A stretch of 64,000 nucleotides of DNA from an uncultured Gammaproteobacteria bacterium (GCA_963848675.1 CAWKEY010000038.1:19114-83113); one strand, 5' to 3'. Shown: positions 38,661 through 50,194, numbered from the stretch's first letter. Translations and numbers: made by a program. The notes: a model not told the origin generated them from the sequence alone.

Positions 38661-39088
38661 TGGTTATCATATTAAGCAAAATTCCGGCCGGCACCCAGAA
38701 ACAGGATATCGCCGATTATGTCCACTCTGTCCTCAGCGGGGCGCTCTGCCTGAAGAAGGGCACTATCAGGGCTATCCATGTGCTGGCCTTAAAAGACAAA
38801 CGCCTCAATCAATTTGATTACTATGGCCTGGTAAGAATTGAACCGGATGCGGTTGCTGAACTGGTCATTAAAAAACTTAACAAAAAGCCCTTGAAGGGCA
38901 AACAGATAGCCGTTCGGGAATACACCTACAAACGCATTTGTCACAATGACCGCCGGAACAACGATGCCGTCTGCATGCTCGCCGGTAAAGACCGGCGCCG
39001 GTTTCATCGCCGGCGTGACCATCTTGAAAAGATAGACGGCGTTCTGGAAAACATGCCTCAGCAGTCGCACTATCCGTGTGAGTCTTAA
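38657..39088 (+). CDS. small basic protein with an RRM-like N-terminal domain (tentative)
   Basis: 4-nt overlap with the previous gene. Shows a beta-alpha-beta-like pattern (YYGLVRIE..., KGKQIAVREY) and an Arg-rich tail RRFHRRRDH. Confidence 0.35.
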   Translation: MMVIILSKIPAGTQKQDIADYVHSVLSGALCLKKGTIRAIHVLALKDKRLNQFDYYGLVRIEPDAVAELVIKKLNKKPLKGKQIAVREYTYKRICHNDRRNNDAVCMLAGKDRRRFHRRRDHLEKIDGVLENMPQQSHYPCES

Positions 39089-39273
39089 TCCCGGAGCGTG
39101 CAAACACCGGACTGTTCATGCAACTAAAGCATTTATTCAAACGTCCCATTTGAGCAAAGACAGTCCCGCCCGGTTTTTCCGCACAACCCGGCATGGACTT
39201 CAACACCAATTAACGCGCCATTCGCTTAAATCCGGTTACAATGCGGCTTTTATTTTCAAAATGAAGGTTTATT

Positions 39274-40200
39274 TTGGCTGAAAAAATAATTCGTATTGCG
39301 ACGCGCAAAAGCCCACTGGCGCTGTGGCAGGCAGAACATGTTGCAGAACGCCTGGAAAAAGCCTATCCGGGCCTGAAAACAGCATTGGTGAAAATGACCA
39401 CCCGCGGCGATAAAATCCTCGATGCGCCGCTGGCCAAAGTTGGCGGCAAAGGCTTGTTTGTCAAAGAACTGGAACAGGGCATGCTGGAAGGCTCGGCCGA
39501 TATTGCCGTACATTCGATGAAAGATGTGCCTGTTGAATTTCCCGAAGGCCTGCATTTGGCCGCAATCTTGGCGCGCGAAGATCCCACCGATGCGTTTGTA
39601 TCCAATCACTATGCGGCATTAACCGGACTGCCGGCCAATGCCAGAATCGGCACCTCCAGCCTGCGCAGACAGTGTCAGGTCAAGGAAAAATATCCCGCTG
39701 CTGAAATAGTATCGTTGCGCGGCAATGTCAATACTCGGCTGGCCAAACTGGATGCCGGCGAATATGACGCCATTATTCTGGCTTCAGCCGGTTTAAAAAG
39801 ACTGGGCATGGCTGACCGCATCACGCAAGGCCTGAGTACAGACATCAGCCTGCCGGCCATTGGCCAGGGCGCTATCGGCATCGAATGCCGTAGCGATGAT
39901 GCCGAAATGAATCAGCTGCTAAGGGCCCTGCACGATCCTGAAACCAGCCTGTGCGTGACGGCTGAAAGAGCCATGAACGCCCGGTTGAATGGCGGCTGCC
40001 AGGTCCCCATTGCCGGTTATGCTCAATTGCGCGGCGAACAACTCTTTATGCGCGGCCTGGTCGGCCATCCCGATGGCAGCGTGCTTTACCGGGCGGAACG
40101 TTCAGGCGCCCCGGATCAGGCTGAAACTATCGGCCGCCTGATTGCCGAAGAGCTGTTAGCCCTTGGCGCTGCTAAAATTCTTCAGGCGCTGTACCATTGA
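39274..40200 (+). CDS. hemC: hydroxymethylbilane synthase
   Basis: [18 protein letters not shown] and later conserved blocks; apparent TTG start. Confidence 0.9.
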   Translation: MAEKIIRIATRKSPLALWQAEHVAERLEKAYPGLKTALVKMTTRGDKILDAPLAKVGGKGLFVKELEQGMLEGSADIAVHSMKDVPVEFPEGLHLAAILAREDPTDAFVSNHYAALTGLPANARIGTSSLRRQCQVKEKYPAAEIVSLRGNVNTRLAKLDAGEYDAIILASAGLKRLGMADRITQGLSTDISLPAIGQGAIGIECRSDDAEMNQLLRALHDPETSLCVTAERAMNARLNGGCQVPIAGYAQLRGEQLFMRGLVGHPDGSVLYRAERSGAPDQAETIGRLIAEELLALGAAKILQALYH

Positions 40201-40970
40201 GCAATCTATTAGCGGGCGCGCGTGTTTTAGTGACACGGCCAGCGCATCAGGCAGAAAACTTAAGCCGGTTAATAGCAGAGCACGGCGGCACGCCAATACG
40301 TTTTCCCGTGCTTGATATAACTGCCTCGGATCATTTCGACGAAACAAAGGCTCTACTGCAACAGCCTGACAACTTTCAATGGCTTGTTTTTATTAGTGCA
40401 AATGCGGTAAATTTTGCGCTCAAGGCGAATGGTGGCAAAATACCCTATGTTAAGTCTGTGCATTATGCGGCAGTAGGACAAGCGACAGCGCGGGCTATGA
40501 CGATGGCCGGATTACCGGTCGATTTGGTGCCTGAACAGGGTTATAACAGCGAGGCCTTATTGGCAATGCCGCAAATGCAGGACGTCACCGGCCAGCGTTT
40601 TCTAATCGTCCGCGGTGAGGGTGGCCGCGAAGAACTGGCCGATTCACTGCGCAGCAGAGGCGCAACTGTCAGCTATCTGGAAGTCTATAAAAGAATACAG
40701 CCAGCTATTGATAGCGCGCCAGTGCTCAGCCTGCTTGCCCAAAACAGACTGGATGCGGTTACGGTAACCAGCGCTGAAGCCTTACAGAATTTATTACACA
40801 TGATTGGCAAAGACCATCATGAATTGTTATTGGCAATACCCTTGGTGGTGGTCAGCGATAGAATCCGGTCTGTTGCTGCCGGTTTAGGATTTAAACGAAT
40901 TACTGTGACAGATAACCCTGCCGACTCGGCAATTCTTGAAGCAGTAACAATAGTATGTAACGGGGAATAG
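40197..40970 (+). CDS. hemD: uroporphyrinogen-III synthase
   Basis: 257 aa, overlaps the hemC stop, in the expected hemCD position. Confidence 0.85.
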   Translation: MSNLLAGARVLVTRPAHQAENLSRLIAEHGGTPIRFPVLDITASDHFDETKALLQQPDNFQWLVFISANAVNFALKANGGKIPYVKSVHYAAVGQATARAMTMAGLPVDLVPEQGYNSEALLAMPQMQDVTGQRFLIVRGEGGREELADSLRSRGATVSYLEVYKRIQPAIDSAPVLSLLAQNRLDAVTVTSAEALQNLLHMIGKDHHELLLAIPLVVVSDRIRSVAAGLGFKRITVTDNPADSAILEAVTIVCNGE

Positions 40971-40971
40971 C

Positions 40972-42168
40972 GTGGCTGAAGTGAGTGAACAACAAGAACA
41001 GAATGTGAGCCAAAGCAATGCAGCCCACAGGTCTCGCAGCGGATTCTGGTTTGGCATCTTCATTCTGCTCATTATTATTAGCGTAGCGGGCGCCGGTTTT
41101 TTTCTTTTTACGCAATTGCGTGAGCAGCAGGCGGATTTAGGCGGTGAACTGGACAAGGGTGATCTGCAAGTGCTCGAGCTGTCGAAACAGCTGAGCGGCT
41201 ATCAGTCGCAGCTGTCAGCTCTTCAATCTCAGCTGGCAACCGTTCAGTCTGATGTTGCCGGTAAAGATACCCACTTTACCAAAACCCTGGCGGATTTTTC
41301 TCAGCTGCACAATGAAAAACTGGACAGCACGCGCAAAGAACTCAACAGCGCTATTCAACAAGTGCAGCGCCAGCTGGGTAAAACCCGCGGCGACTGGTTA
41401 ATTGCCGATGCCGAATATTTATTAAGTGTCGCCAATCAACGACTACACCTGGTCGGTGATGTCGGCACCACGCGCGAAGCCCTGGAAGCCGCTGACCAGC
41501 GCCTGCGCGAAAGTGGCGATGCGGCCGTATTTAAAGTGCGTGAACAGATCAGCAAAGACCTGGCCGTGCTCAACAGCATTAAAGTGCCGGACATTGTCGG
41601 CATTTATGCCTCTATTCAGTCCCTGGAAGAGCAAATTGACAAATTGGCGCTGTTTTTACCCTATGCCGGCAAAGCACTGACACCTTCCACCGAGGTGCAT
41701 GCGCATGCCGATAAAACCGAAGACAATCATGAATTGCTGGGTGGCCTGCTCAACAAGCTGGAAGGTGTGGTCACCATCCGCCATACCGACCAGCCTATCA
41801 AATCGATACTCACCCAGGAGCAGGTGGAATTTATTCGCGAGCAGTTAAGAGTCAAGCTGGAAATAGTAAAAACCGCCCTGGTGCAAAACAATGAGCCGCT
41901 GTATCAAGCGAGTCTGACCGATGCCAAAAAATGGACGGAGCAGCATTTCACCAAGAACGCTGATGCCCGAAGCTTTATTGCCGAGCTGGACAAGTTTAAA
42001 GCCATTCAAATTCGCAGCCAGTTTCCTGATATCAGCCAGTCCTTAAAAATGCTCAGAGACATCTCCAAGCTCCGCCTGGAAACCGATAAAGCCGTGCAAA
42101 CGCCAGAAGCCCCTGCCCCCGTACCTGCACCACCTCCCGCCGCTCCTGCAGCGCCTGTGGCGCAATAA
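40972..42168 (+). CDS. hemX: HemX-family protein (annotated in databases as putative uroporphyrinogen-III C-methyltransferase)
   Basis: N-terminal TM helix, a long coiled-coil region and a Pro/Ala-rich tail, located between hemD and hemY. Confidence 0.7.
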   Translation: MAEVSEQQEQNVSQSNAAHRSRSGFWFGIFILLIIISVAGAGFFLFTQLREQQADLGGELDKGDLQVLELSKQLSGYQSQLSALQSQLATVQSDVAGKDTHFTKTLADFSQLHNEKLDSTRKELNSAIQQVQRQLGKTRGDWLIADAEYLLSVANQRLHLVGDVGTTREALEAADQRLRESGDAAVFKVREQISKDLAVLNSIKVPDIVGIYASIQSLEEQIDKLALFLPYAGKALTPSTEVHAHADKTEDNHELLGGLLNKLEGVVTIRHTDQPIKSILTQEQVEFIREQLRVKLEIVKTALVQNNEPLYQASLTDAKKWTEQHFTKNADARSFIAELDKFKAIQIRSQFPDISQSLKMLRDISKLRLETDKAVQTPEAPAPVPAPPPAAPAAPVAQ

Positions 42169-42181
42169 CACAGAGCCCAAC

Positions 42182-43414
42182 ATGAAAAATATACTGTATT
42201 TCCTGGGATCGCTGCTACTGGCTGTAGCCGCCGCTTTTGCGGTCAACAAATGGCTGGCAGGCTATGATACGCCGGGTTATGTTTTGATCGGCATTGGTCA
42301 CTGGTCGCTGGAAACATCCCTGGTTGTTTTTGCCGTCGGCCTGATTATCGGCTTTTTTATCCTGTACTTTTTCTTCAGACTGCTGGGCTGGCTGTTCAGA
42401 CTGCCGGGGCACATCAAGCATCGCGGTAAAAACATTAAATTCAACCGCTCTCAAGAAGCCTTGATTGCAGGTCTGGTGGATTCAGCCGAAGGCAACTGGG
42501 AAAAAGCCGAAAAAATACTGATTAAACACGCCTCGCATAGCGGCGCGCCGTTGCTGCATTACCTGACGGCGGCCAGAGCAGCGCAATCGCGTGGTGCCTT
42601 TGACAAGCGCGATGAATATCTGCAAAAAGCCGCCGCGCAAGCGCCCGGCTCGGATGTCGCGATAGGACTCACTCAAGCCGAACTGCATTTATCAGGCAAC
42701 CAGTTTGAACAGGCGCTGGAAACCCTGACCAAACTGCACTCCATCGAGCCCTCCCACGCCAGCGTTTTAAAATTATTACACCAGACCTATCAACACATCG
42801 GCGACTGGGAAGGCATCCGCAGACTGATTCCGTCTTTAAACACCAACAAAATCCTGATGGAAGCAGAAGTCAAACTGCTTGAAACCGAAACCTTCAGCCG
42901 GTTATTAAAGCAGGCGGCTGAAAGCGGTGATACCGGCACCATTACCGCGCTGTGGTCGGAGATTCCCGAGTACATCAAAACCATGCACGGTGTTTCCGCC
43001 ATTTATTTTGCCGCCATGATTAATACCGGCGCTGGTGCCGAAATTGAGGATGAACTGGCTGCAACCCTGTCCGCCCACTGGGATCAAACCCTGGCGGTCT
43101 TGTTCGGCAGCATTCAATCGGCTGATGTTGCCAAGCAGCTTGAAAAAGCCGAGCAATGGCTGCCTTTACATGCCGGAGATGCCGTGCTGCTGACGGTTCT
43201 GGGCAAATTGAGCCTGAAATGCAACGACATTATCAAAGCCGACAATTATTTAACCCAAAGCATCGGCTTTGAACCCAGTGTTCAGGCCTATCAGCTGCTG
43301 GGGGACTTGCTGCTTGCTCACGGCGATAAAGACAAAGCCAGCAGCTATTACAAAGCCGGACTGGAACTGGCGTCCAGCGAGATCGTCAGCCGGATTGATA
43401 CGATTTCCGAATAA
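42182..43414 (+). CDS. hemY: HemY-family TPR membrane protein
   Basis: Two N-terminal TM helices followed by TPR-like repeats, in the hemCDXY position. Confidence 0.8.
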   Translation: MKNILYFLGSLLLAVAAAFAVNKWLAGYDTPGYVLIGIGHWSLETSLVVFAVGLIIGFFILYFFFRLLGWLFRLPGHIKHRGKNIKFNRSQEALIAGLVDSAEGNWEKAEKILIKHASHSGAPLLHYLTAARAAQSRGAFDKRDEYLQKAAAQAPGSDVAIGLTQAELHLSGNQFEQALETLTKLHSIEPSHASVLKLLHQTYQHIGDWEGIRRLIPSLNTNKILMEAEVKLLETETFSRLLKQAAESGDTGTITALWSEIPEYIKTMHGVSAIYFAAMINTGAGAEIEDELAATLSAHWDQTLAVLFGSIQSADVAKQLEKAEQWLPLHAGDAVLLTVLGKLSLKCNDIIKADNYLTQSIGFEPSVQAYQLLGDLLLAHGDKDKASSYYKAGLELASSEIVSRIDTISE

Positions 43415-43591
43415 GCGTTTTCCCTAAATTCACGAATCATTTCATCCATGAAAATTTTAAAAGAGATTTCGAATCTGTAGACCGCCATCCAAAGGGAGAA
43501 TAACTAAATCTACACAACATTCTGCTGTCTTTAGTGCTTTTCGTGGACTAACTGCGGTTTTTTGGTTCACGCCCCTCCCTCTGCCAACACG

Positions 43592-44275
43592 CTAACTCCG
43601 CGCGCCAAACAAGGCGGTGCCGATCCTGACAATCGTTGCCCCTTCAGCAATCGCTGCCGTTAAATCGCCGGTCATGCCAAACGAGAAGCTATCCAGGCCG
43701 GGCCTTTCAAGCCGGGCAACGGCCTGATATAAGGCCCGGTAGGGCTGCCGTTGCCGTTCATAATCGTCTTCCGGCGCCGGAATGGCCATCACCCCGCGCA
43801 GTTTCAAATTCGCCAATACAGACGTCTGCTCAATCAAGAGTGGCAATTCATCCAGGGCAAGGCCGGATTTGCTGTCTTCATTGCTGATATTGACTTGCAG
43901 GCAAATATTCAACGGCGGCAAATGGCCGGGCCGTTGTTCACTGAGCCGTTTGGCAATCTTGAAGTTGTCGACACTGTGCACCCAGTCAAAATGGACCGCA
44001 ATCGCTCTGGTCTTGTTGGATTGAATAGGCCCTATGAAATGCCAGGTAATATCAAACGCGCCCAGTTGCTGTTGCTTGAGCAAGGCTTCCTGCACATAAT
44101 TTTCGCCAAAGTGGCGCTGCCCCGCCTGGTATGCGGCCGCTATATCGCTGGCAGGCTTGGTTTTGCTGACTGCCAATAACAACACCGAGCCGGATTTGCG
44201 CTGACTGGCCATTTCGGCGTCATGGATTTGCGTACGGATTTGCTTGAGTCGCTGGGCTATGCTTGACATGGTCAC
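43592..44275 (-). CDS. yggS: YggS-family pyridoxal-phosphate homeostasis protein
   Basis: LLAVSKTKP (PLP lysine); 227 aa; divergent from pilT, as in many gammaproteobacteria. Confidence 0.9.
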   Translation of the reverse strand: MTMSSIAQRLKQIRTQIHDAEMASQRKSGSVLLLAVSKTKPASDIAAAYQAGQRHFGENYVQEALLKQQQLGAFDITWHFIGPIQSNKTRAIAVHFDWVHSVDNFKIAKRLSEQRPGHLPPLNICLQVNISNEDSKSGLALDELPLLIEQTSVLANLKLRGVMAIPAPEDDYERQRQPYRALYQAVARLERPGLDSFSFGMTGDLTAAIAEGATIVRIGTALFGARS

Positions 44276-44380
44276 TACTTTAAAGTCTGGGCCGGTTATT
44301 AAACAACACGGCTTTCAAAATGCAAAGACTTGAACTATTTTATGAAGAGTCATTTTACTTAAACCCTGCAAGAGGATGTT

Positions 44381-45418
44381 ATGGATATTGCCGAATTACT
44401 GGCCTTTTCAGTCAAAAACAACGCATCGGATTTACATTTGTCGGCCGGACTCCCGCCGATGATCCGGGTGGACGGGGATATTCGCCGCATCAATATACCT
44501 GCACTCGAACACAAGGAAGTGCATGCGCTGATCTATGACATTATGAATGACAAACAGCGCCGGGATTATGAAGAATTTCTGGAAACCGACTTCTCCTTCA
44601 ATTTGCCGGGGATCGCCCGCTTTCGTGTCAACGCCTTTAACCAGGAACGCGGCGCGGCGGGCGTATTCAGAACCATTCCCTCTACCGTCCTGAGTCTGGA
44701 AGACCTGAAAGCCCCCAAGTTTTTTGAAGAAATCACTCGCAAACCGCGGGGGCTGATATTGGTAACCGGGCCTACCGGCTCCGGCAAATCGACTACGCTG
44801 GCGGCGATGATCAATCACATCAATAGCAATGATTATGCGCACATTCTGACTGTTGAAGACCCGATCGAGTTTGTTCATGAAAGCCAGAAATGCCTGATCA
44901 ACCAGCGCGAGGTGCACCGCGATACGCACGGATTTAATGAAGCCTTGCGCTCGGCCTTGCGGGAAGACCCTGACATTATCCTGGTCGGCGAGATGCGCGA
45001 TCTGGAAACCATTCGCCTGGCACTCACCGCGGCGGAAACCGGCCATCTGGTCTTCGGCACTTTACACACCACCTCGGCCGCCAAAACCATCGACCGTATT
45101 ATCGACGTCTTCCCGGCCGCCGAAAAAGACATGATCCGCTCCATGCTGTCCGAGTCCTTGCAGGCGGTCATTTCGCAGACCCTGCTGAAGAAAATTGGCG
45201 GCGGCCGTATTGCGGCGCATGAAATCATGGTCGGCACTGCCGCGATCAGAAACCTGATCCGTGAAGCCAAGGTAGCGCAAATGTATTCCGCCATTCAAAC
45301 CGGCCGCAAGGAAGGCATGCAAACGCTGGATCAAAATCTGAAAGAAATGGTCGATAAAGGCCTGATTACGGCAAAAATCGCGATGGTCAAAGCGGTCAAT
45401 AAAGATATGTTTCGTTAA
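44381..45418 (+). CDS. pilT: type IV pilus retraction ATPase PilT
   Basis: ASDLHLSAG, Walker A GPTGSGKST, AIRNLIRE. Confidence 0.95.
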   Translation: MDIAELLAFSVKNNASDLHLSAGLPPMIRVDGDIRRINIPALEHKEVHALIYDIMNDKQRRDYEEFLETDFSFNLPGIARFRVNAFNQERGAAGVFRTIPSTVLSLEDLKAPKFFEEITRKPRGLILVTGPTGSGKSTTLAAMINHINSNDYAHILTVEDPIEFVHESQKCLINQREVHRDTHGFNEALRSALREDPDIILVGEMRDLETIRLALTAAETGHLVFGTLHTTSAAKTIDRIIDVFPAAEKDMIRSMLSESLQAVISQTLLKKIGGGRIAAHEIMVGTAAIRNLIREAKVAQMYSAIQTGRKEGMQTLDQNLKEMVDKGLITAKIAMVKAVNKDMFR

Positions 45419-45433
45419 CCCCTGGAGATTAGC

Positions 45434-46567
45434 ATGGATTTTAAAGCGCTCTTGGCACTCATGGTGCAGAAAAAAGCCTCCGATTTATTCATTACCGCGG
45501 GACGTGCGCCGACCATCAAGGTGGATGGCTCACTGATTGAAGTCTCCAAATCGGCGTTGACCGAAGACCAGGCCATGACCATCGTCCTGAGCATTATGAA
45601 TCAAAAGCAGAAGGATGAATTCGAGAACACCAAGGAATGCCAGTTTGCGATCAGTGTGCCAAGCATGGCCCGCTTTAGGGTCAGCGCGTTTACCCAGCGT
45701 GATGCCGCCGGCATGGTGTTGCGCCGTATTGAAAATGAAATCCCCGATGCCGATGCGCTGCATCTGCCGCCCATCTTAAAGCAGCTCATCATGGAGAAGC
45801 GCGGCCTGGTCATCTTTGTGGGCGCCACCGGCACCGGTAAATCAACCTCCCTGGCCGCCCTGATCAAGCATCGCAACCAGAACAGCAGCGGCCATATCAT
45901 CACCATTGAAGACCCGATGGAGTTTGAGCATCCGCATCTGGGCTGTATTGTCACGCAACGCGAAGTGGGCGTTGACACCGAATCCTACGAAGTCGCGCTA
46001 AAAAACACCATGCGGCAGGCGCCGGACGTGATTCTGATTGGCGAAATCAGAACCCGCGAAACCATGCAGAATGCCATCACCTTTGCGGAAACCGGGCATT
46101 TATGCCTGTCCACCCTGCACGCCAACAATGCCAACCAGGCCCTGGACCGGATTTTGCACTTCTTCCCGGCAGGAATGCACGATCAGTTATTCATGGACTT
46201 GTCGCTGAATCTGAAAGGCATTGTCGCCCAGCAATTGATCAAGCGCGCTGACGGCAGAGGCCGCTACCCTGCCATCGAGATATTGATCAACACGCCGCTG
46301 GCCAAGGACTACATACGCAAGGGCGAAATCACCAAACTCAAGGAGCTCATGAAAGACTCGCGTGAACTGGGCATGCAGACCTTTGACCAGGCGCTCTACG
46401 ACTTATACGTAGCCGGCAGGATCAGCTACGAAGACGCGCTCAATTCCGCCGATTCCAGAAACGAAGTCCGCCTGATGATCAAGCTGGGCGCCGAACATGG
46501 CGGCACCTTTGCCGGTGACGACATGATGCTGACAGAAACCGATGAAGACAGGAAATCACAGTTTTAA
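45434..46567 (+). CDS. pilU: type IV pilus ATPase PilU
   Basis: PilT paralog with Walker A GATGTGKST, immediately downstream of pilT. Confidence 0.9.
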   Translation: MDFKALLALMVQKKASDLFITAGRAPTIKVDGSLIEVSKSALTEDQAMTIVLSIMNQKQKDEFENTKECQFAISVPSMARFRVSAFTQRDAAGMVLRRIENEIPDADALHLPPILKQLIMEKRGLVIFVGATGTGKSTSLAALIKHRNQNSSGHIITIEDPMEFEHPHLGCIVTQREVGVDTESYEVALKNTMRQAPDVILIGEIRTRETMQNAITFAETGHLCLSTLHANNANQALDRILHFFPAGMHDQLFMDLSLNLKGIVAQQLIKRADGRGRYPAIEILINTPLAKDYIRKGEITKLKELMKDSRELGMQTFDQALYDLYVAGRISYEDALNSADSRNEVRLMIKLGAEHGGTFAGDDMMLTETDEDRKSQF

Positions 46568-46618
46568 ATATCCAAAAAACAGGTGACATTCATGGTTACA
46601 CGCTCACCACGAGCGCCA

Positions 46619-46972
46619 CTTAGTAATGCGCACGAAATAAGTTGAGCAAGTGTAGGTACGAATTTATTCGCATCGTGCGGATAAATCCGCACCTGCACAG
46701 AAAATTGTTACTCAGAGTTGCGCAAGTTATTTGATACGCGTTCCTTATTGATAAAAAGAGAACCTTCAGCACTTGGGTCTTCAACATAAAAAAATCGCAA
46801 CTGTTCAGCAAGTAGAGAACCGTCAGGGGGGGAGCAACGCCTTCGTCGCGATTTGAAGCCATCGTTCGCGACGTGGGCGTCGCTCCCACAGCGCAGTGTC
46901 GACCCCACAGGGGATATTGCCAATCCTGAGCGACTCCAAACGCCAGAGGCTTGATAGGCTGAATAGTTACAC
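46619..46972. repeat. composite palindromic repeat, copy a (partner at 60456-60752)
   Basis: Same order of modules as the partner: CTTAGTAATGCGC..., a GTAGGT(A/G)CG-ATTTAT.CGC // GCGGATAAATCCGCACCT hairpin, and a GGGAGC(A/G)ACGCC-TCGTCGCGA // TCGCGAC-GGGCGTCGCTCCCACA hairpin. Ends in GAATAGTTACAC. Confidence 0.75.
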
Positions 46973-47152
46973 AAGCAATACCGATTTCAGCTTCTTCATA
47001 CAAGCCCCCTCTTCACATTTAAGCCCGCCTGACCCGGCCTTGCCGGTACAACATTTGCTAAGCCCTTGCCCGTAAAATATAATGCCTATTTGCATAGCTT
47101 GGACGTTAGCTCTCATGACAGCCCCAGCGCTGTGCCTGCTTTCATAAAAACA

Positions 47153-48595
47153 GTGGATTTTAATTTGAAATTAATACCAACCATACTGAGCGGAGGCGCT
47201 GGTTCGCGTCTTTGGCCAGTTTCTCGCGAACAGCATCCAAAACCCTTTATTCGTCTGGCAGATGGACAAAGCCTGCTGCAAAAAGCCTGGTTGAGAGGAG
47301 CCGCGCTTGCCAATGTAGCCGGAGTTCTGACCGTCACTAATCGCGAACTTTTTTTTAAAACTCAAGACGACTATCGCGAACTGGCTACGGGCAGTCATCA
47401 AGCCGTCTGGAATGACTTTATTTTAGAGCCCTTTGGCCGCAATACCGCTCCGGCCATTGGTGCCGCGGCCCTGCAGGTGTCCGAGGTCTATGGTGAAGAA
47501 GCCCTGCTGCTGGTGTTGGCGGCCGACCATCTGATTGCCGATCAAACCGCCTTCGCCGATGCCGTCGAGCAAGCCGTACAGCTGGCGGCACAGGGTAAAC
47601 TCGTGACCTTCGGTATTCAGCCGGAAGGCCCTGAAACAGGCTATGGTTACATCGAAGCCGATGGCAGCACGGTGCTGCGTTTCGTCGAAAAACCCAGTTA
47701 TGAACTGGCTGAACAGTATGTCTCCTCGGGCCGCTATCTGTGGAATTCCGGCATGTTCTGTTTTTCAGCCGGCACGCTATTGCGTGAAATGGAGCTGCAT
47801 TGCCCGGCGATTCTGGCCGCCACCCGCGACTGCCTAAAACACTCGCAAACTGCACAGGGCGAAGGCTTCAGTCAAATCGAGCTCGATGCCAAGACTTTTG
47901 AGCGGGTGCCCAATGATTCTATCGACTACGCCGTGATGGAAAAATCCCGCAATGTCGCGGTGGTGCCCTGCACTATCGGCTGGAGTGATATCGGCTCCTG
48001 GAGCGCTCTGGGCGACCTGATCGATGCGGACGCCCAGGGCAACCGCATTCATGGCGAGGCCCTGCTGCATGATGTCAGCAACTGTTATATTCAAAGCAGC
48101 GGCCGTGTCGTGGGCGCTGTCGGTATCGAAGGGCTGGTCATCATTGATACCGCAGATGCGCTGCTAGTGGCCAACAAGACGCGCACGCAGGATGTCAAGC
48201 ACCTCTATAACGAACTCAAGACCCTGGGCCATGATGCGCATAAATTTCATCGCACCGTCTCTCGCCCCTGGGGCGCCTATACAGTGCTCGAGGAAGGCTA
48301 CCACTTCAAGATCAAACGCATCGTTGTCAAGCCCGGCGCCAGCCTGAGTTTGCAACTGCATCATCACCGCAGTGAGCATTGGGTCGTCGTCGATGGCGAG
48401 GCCAAAGTGCTCAATGGCGATCGCGAAATAGTGGTAAAAACCAACGAATCCACCTTTATTCCTGCAGGCCACAAACACCGCCTGGAAAATCCCGGAGTTG
48501 AGGATCTGATCATGATTGAAGTGCAGAGCGGTGATTACCTGAGTGAAGACGATATTATCCGCTTTGATGACAAATACGGGAGACCCCTGTCATGA
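47153..48595 (+). CDS. manC: mannose-1-phosphate guanylyltransferase / mannose-6-phosphate isomerase (bifunctional type)
   Basis: [21 protein letters not shown]-terminus and a C-terminal cupin ([15 protein letters not shown]). I place the start at the GTG at 47153; this is uncertain. Confidence 0.85.
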   Translation: MDFNLKLIPTILSGGAGSRLWPVSREQHPKPFIRLADGQSLLQKAWLRGAALANVAGVLTVTNRELFFKTQDDYRELATGSHQAVWNDFILEPFGRNTAPAIGAAALQVSEVYGEEALLLVLAADHLIADQTAFADAVEQAVQLAAQGKLVTFGIQPEGPETGYGYIEADGSTVLRFVEKPSYELAEQYVSSGRYLWNSGMFCFSAGTLLREMELHCPAILAATRDCLKHSQTAQGEGFSQIELDAKTFERVPNDSIDYAVMEKSRNVAVVPCTIGWSDIGSWSALGDLIDADAQGNRIHGEALLHDVSNCYIQSSGRVVGAVGIEGLVIIDTADALLVANKTRTQDVKHLYNELKTLGHDAHKFHRTVSRPWGAYTVLEEGYHFKIKRIVVKPGASLSLQLHHHRSEHWVVVDGEAKVLNGDREIVVKTNESTFIPAGHKHRLENPGVEDLIMIEVQSGDYLSEDDIIRFDDKYGRPLS

Positions 48596-49959
48596 CCCTG
48601 ACCTGCTTTAAAGCCTATGATATCCGCGGGCGCTTGGGCGATGAACTTAACGAAGAGATTGCCTATCGCATTGGCCGCAGTTATGCGCACTATCTGAATG
48701 CAAAACGTGTTGTCGTCGGCGGCGATATCCGCCTGAGCAGCGAGGCGCTCAAACAGGCCCTGGCCCGGGGCTTGATGGCGGGCGGCGCCGATGTCATCGA
48801 TATCGGCATGACCGGCACCGAGGAAGTGTATTTTGCCGCCTTCCATCTGGACGTCGATGGCGGCATTGAAGTCACAGCCAGCCATAACCCCATCGATTAC
48901 AACGGCATGAAGCTGGTCCGGCGCGGGGCCCAGCCGATCAGCGGCGACACCGGGCTTAAGGCAATACAGGCGCTGGCAGAAGCCAATCAGTTTAAGCCGG
49001 CGCAATCACAAGGCACCTGCATAAGGCAATCCATTCTTGCGCCCTACGTCGATCACTTGCTGACTTATATCGATGCGCCCGCCCTCAAGCCGATAAAACT
49101 GGTGGTCAATGCCGGCAATGGCGCCGCAGGCCACGTCATTGACGCCCTTGAGCAGCGTTTTCAAGAAGACGGCGTGCCCGTGACTTTTATCAAGCTCAAC
49201 CACGAAGCCGACGGCACATTCCCTAACGGCATTCCTAATCCGCTGCTGCCCGAGAACCGCGCCGCTACCGCCGCCGCGGTCAAGGCGCATAAGGCCGACA
49301 TGGGCATCGCCTGGGATGGCGATTTTGACCGCTGTTTTTTGTTTGACGAAAACGGCGGCTTCATTGAAGGCTACTACATCGTCGGCCTGCTGGCGGAAGC
49401 CTTCCTGAACAAACACCCCGGCGAAAAAATCATCCACGACCCGCGTCTGACCTGGAACACCCTTGACAGGGTCAGCCGCGCGGGCGGTCGCGCCATTCAG
49501 AGCAAAACCGGACACGCCTTCATCAAGGAGCGCATGCGCGCTGAAAACGCCGTCTACGGCGGCGAAATGAGCGCGCACCACTACTTTCGCGATTTTGCCT
49601 ACTGTGATAGCGGCATGATCCCCTGGCTGCTGGTGGCCGAACTGCTCAGTCAAAGCGGCAAGACTCTCAGCCAATGCGTCGGCGAACGCATCCAGGCCTA
49701 CCCGTGCAGCGGGGAGATCAACTACCGGGTCGAGGATGTTGCCGAAACCACTGCACGCGTTTTGGCGCACTATCTGCCGCAAAACCCGCTCATCGATCTC
49801 ACCGACGGCGTCAGCGTCGAATTCGACGACTGGCGTTTCAACCTGCGCGGCTCCAATACCGAGCCCCTACTGCGCCTGAATATAGAAACCCGAGGCAATG
49901 CCCCGCTGGTGGCGTCTTGCCTAAGCCAGCTGGAACAGCTGATCAGTAGCGGAAGTTAA
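48592..49959 (+). CDS. manB: phosphomannomutase (alpha-D-phosphohexomutase family)
   Basis: Active-site TASHNP, metal loop DGDFDR; overlaps the manC stop. Confidence 0.85.
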   Translation: MTLTCFKAYDIRGRLGDELNEEIAYRIGRSYAHYLNAKRVVVGGDIRLSSEALKQALARGLMAGGADVIDIGMTGTEEVYFAAFHLDVDGGIEVTASHNPIDYNGMKLVRRGAQPISGDTGLKAIQALAEANQFKPAQSQGTCIRQSILAPYVDHLLTYIDAPALKPIKLVVNAGNGAAGHVIDALEQRFQEDGVPVTFIKLNHEADGTFPNGIPNPLLPENRAATAAAVKAHKADMGIAWDGDFDRCFLFDENGGFIEGYYIVGLLAEAFLNKHPGEKIIHDPRLTWNTLDRVSRAGGRAIQSKTGHAFIKERMRAENAVYGGEMSAHHYFRDFAYCDSGMIPWLLVAELLSQSGKTLSQCVGERIQAYPCSGEINYRVEDVAETTARVLAHYLPQNPLIDLTDGVSVEFDDWRFNLRGSNTEPLLRLNIETRGNAPLVASCLSQLEQLISSGS

Positions 49960-50151
49960 CCGCGCCGGGATGATTGTCCAGGAGCAGGATCGTCGATTCA
50001 GTTGGTCCGCGTAGCCCCACCCTACCCTGGACATGGAAATATAAGGTGGGCGGCATTTTTTGCCCACCCTTTCGGCTGCCACTATAAAACCGCCCCGGTT
50101 ACCCAGAGGCGTCTGGTTTGCTTAGGGTTTGCGAGTAATCCCGGGATTGTT

Positions 50152-50184
50152 CGCGTGGGCACGAACCGCGTGTGCCCAGCCTAC
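50152..50184. repeat. REP unit (GCGTGGGCAC-gaaccgcgt-GTGCCCA.CCTAC), copy 1
   Basis: 8-bp stem GTGGGCAC/GTGCCCAC. Three more copies are listed below, plus a related hairpin GGTGGGC...GCCCACC at 50045-50069. Confidence 0.75.
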
Positions 50185-50194
50185 GCAATTGCAA

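Noticed and set aside
49006-49782. 258-aa minus-strand ORF inside manB
   Set aside because: Antisense shadow of a highly conserved phosphomannomutase gene, with low-complexity translation.
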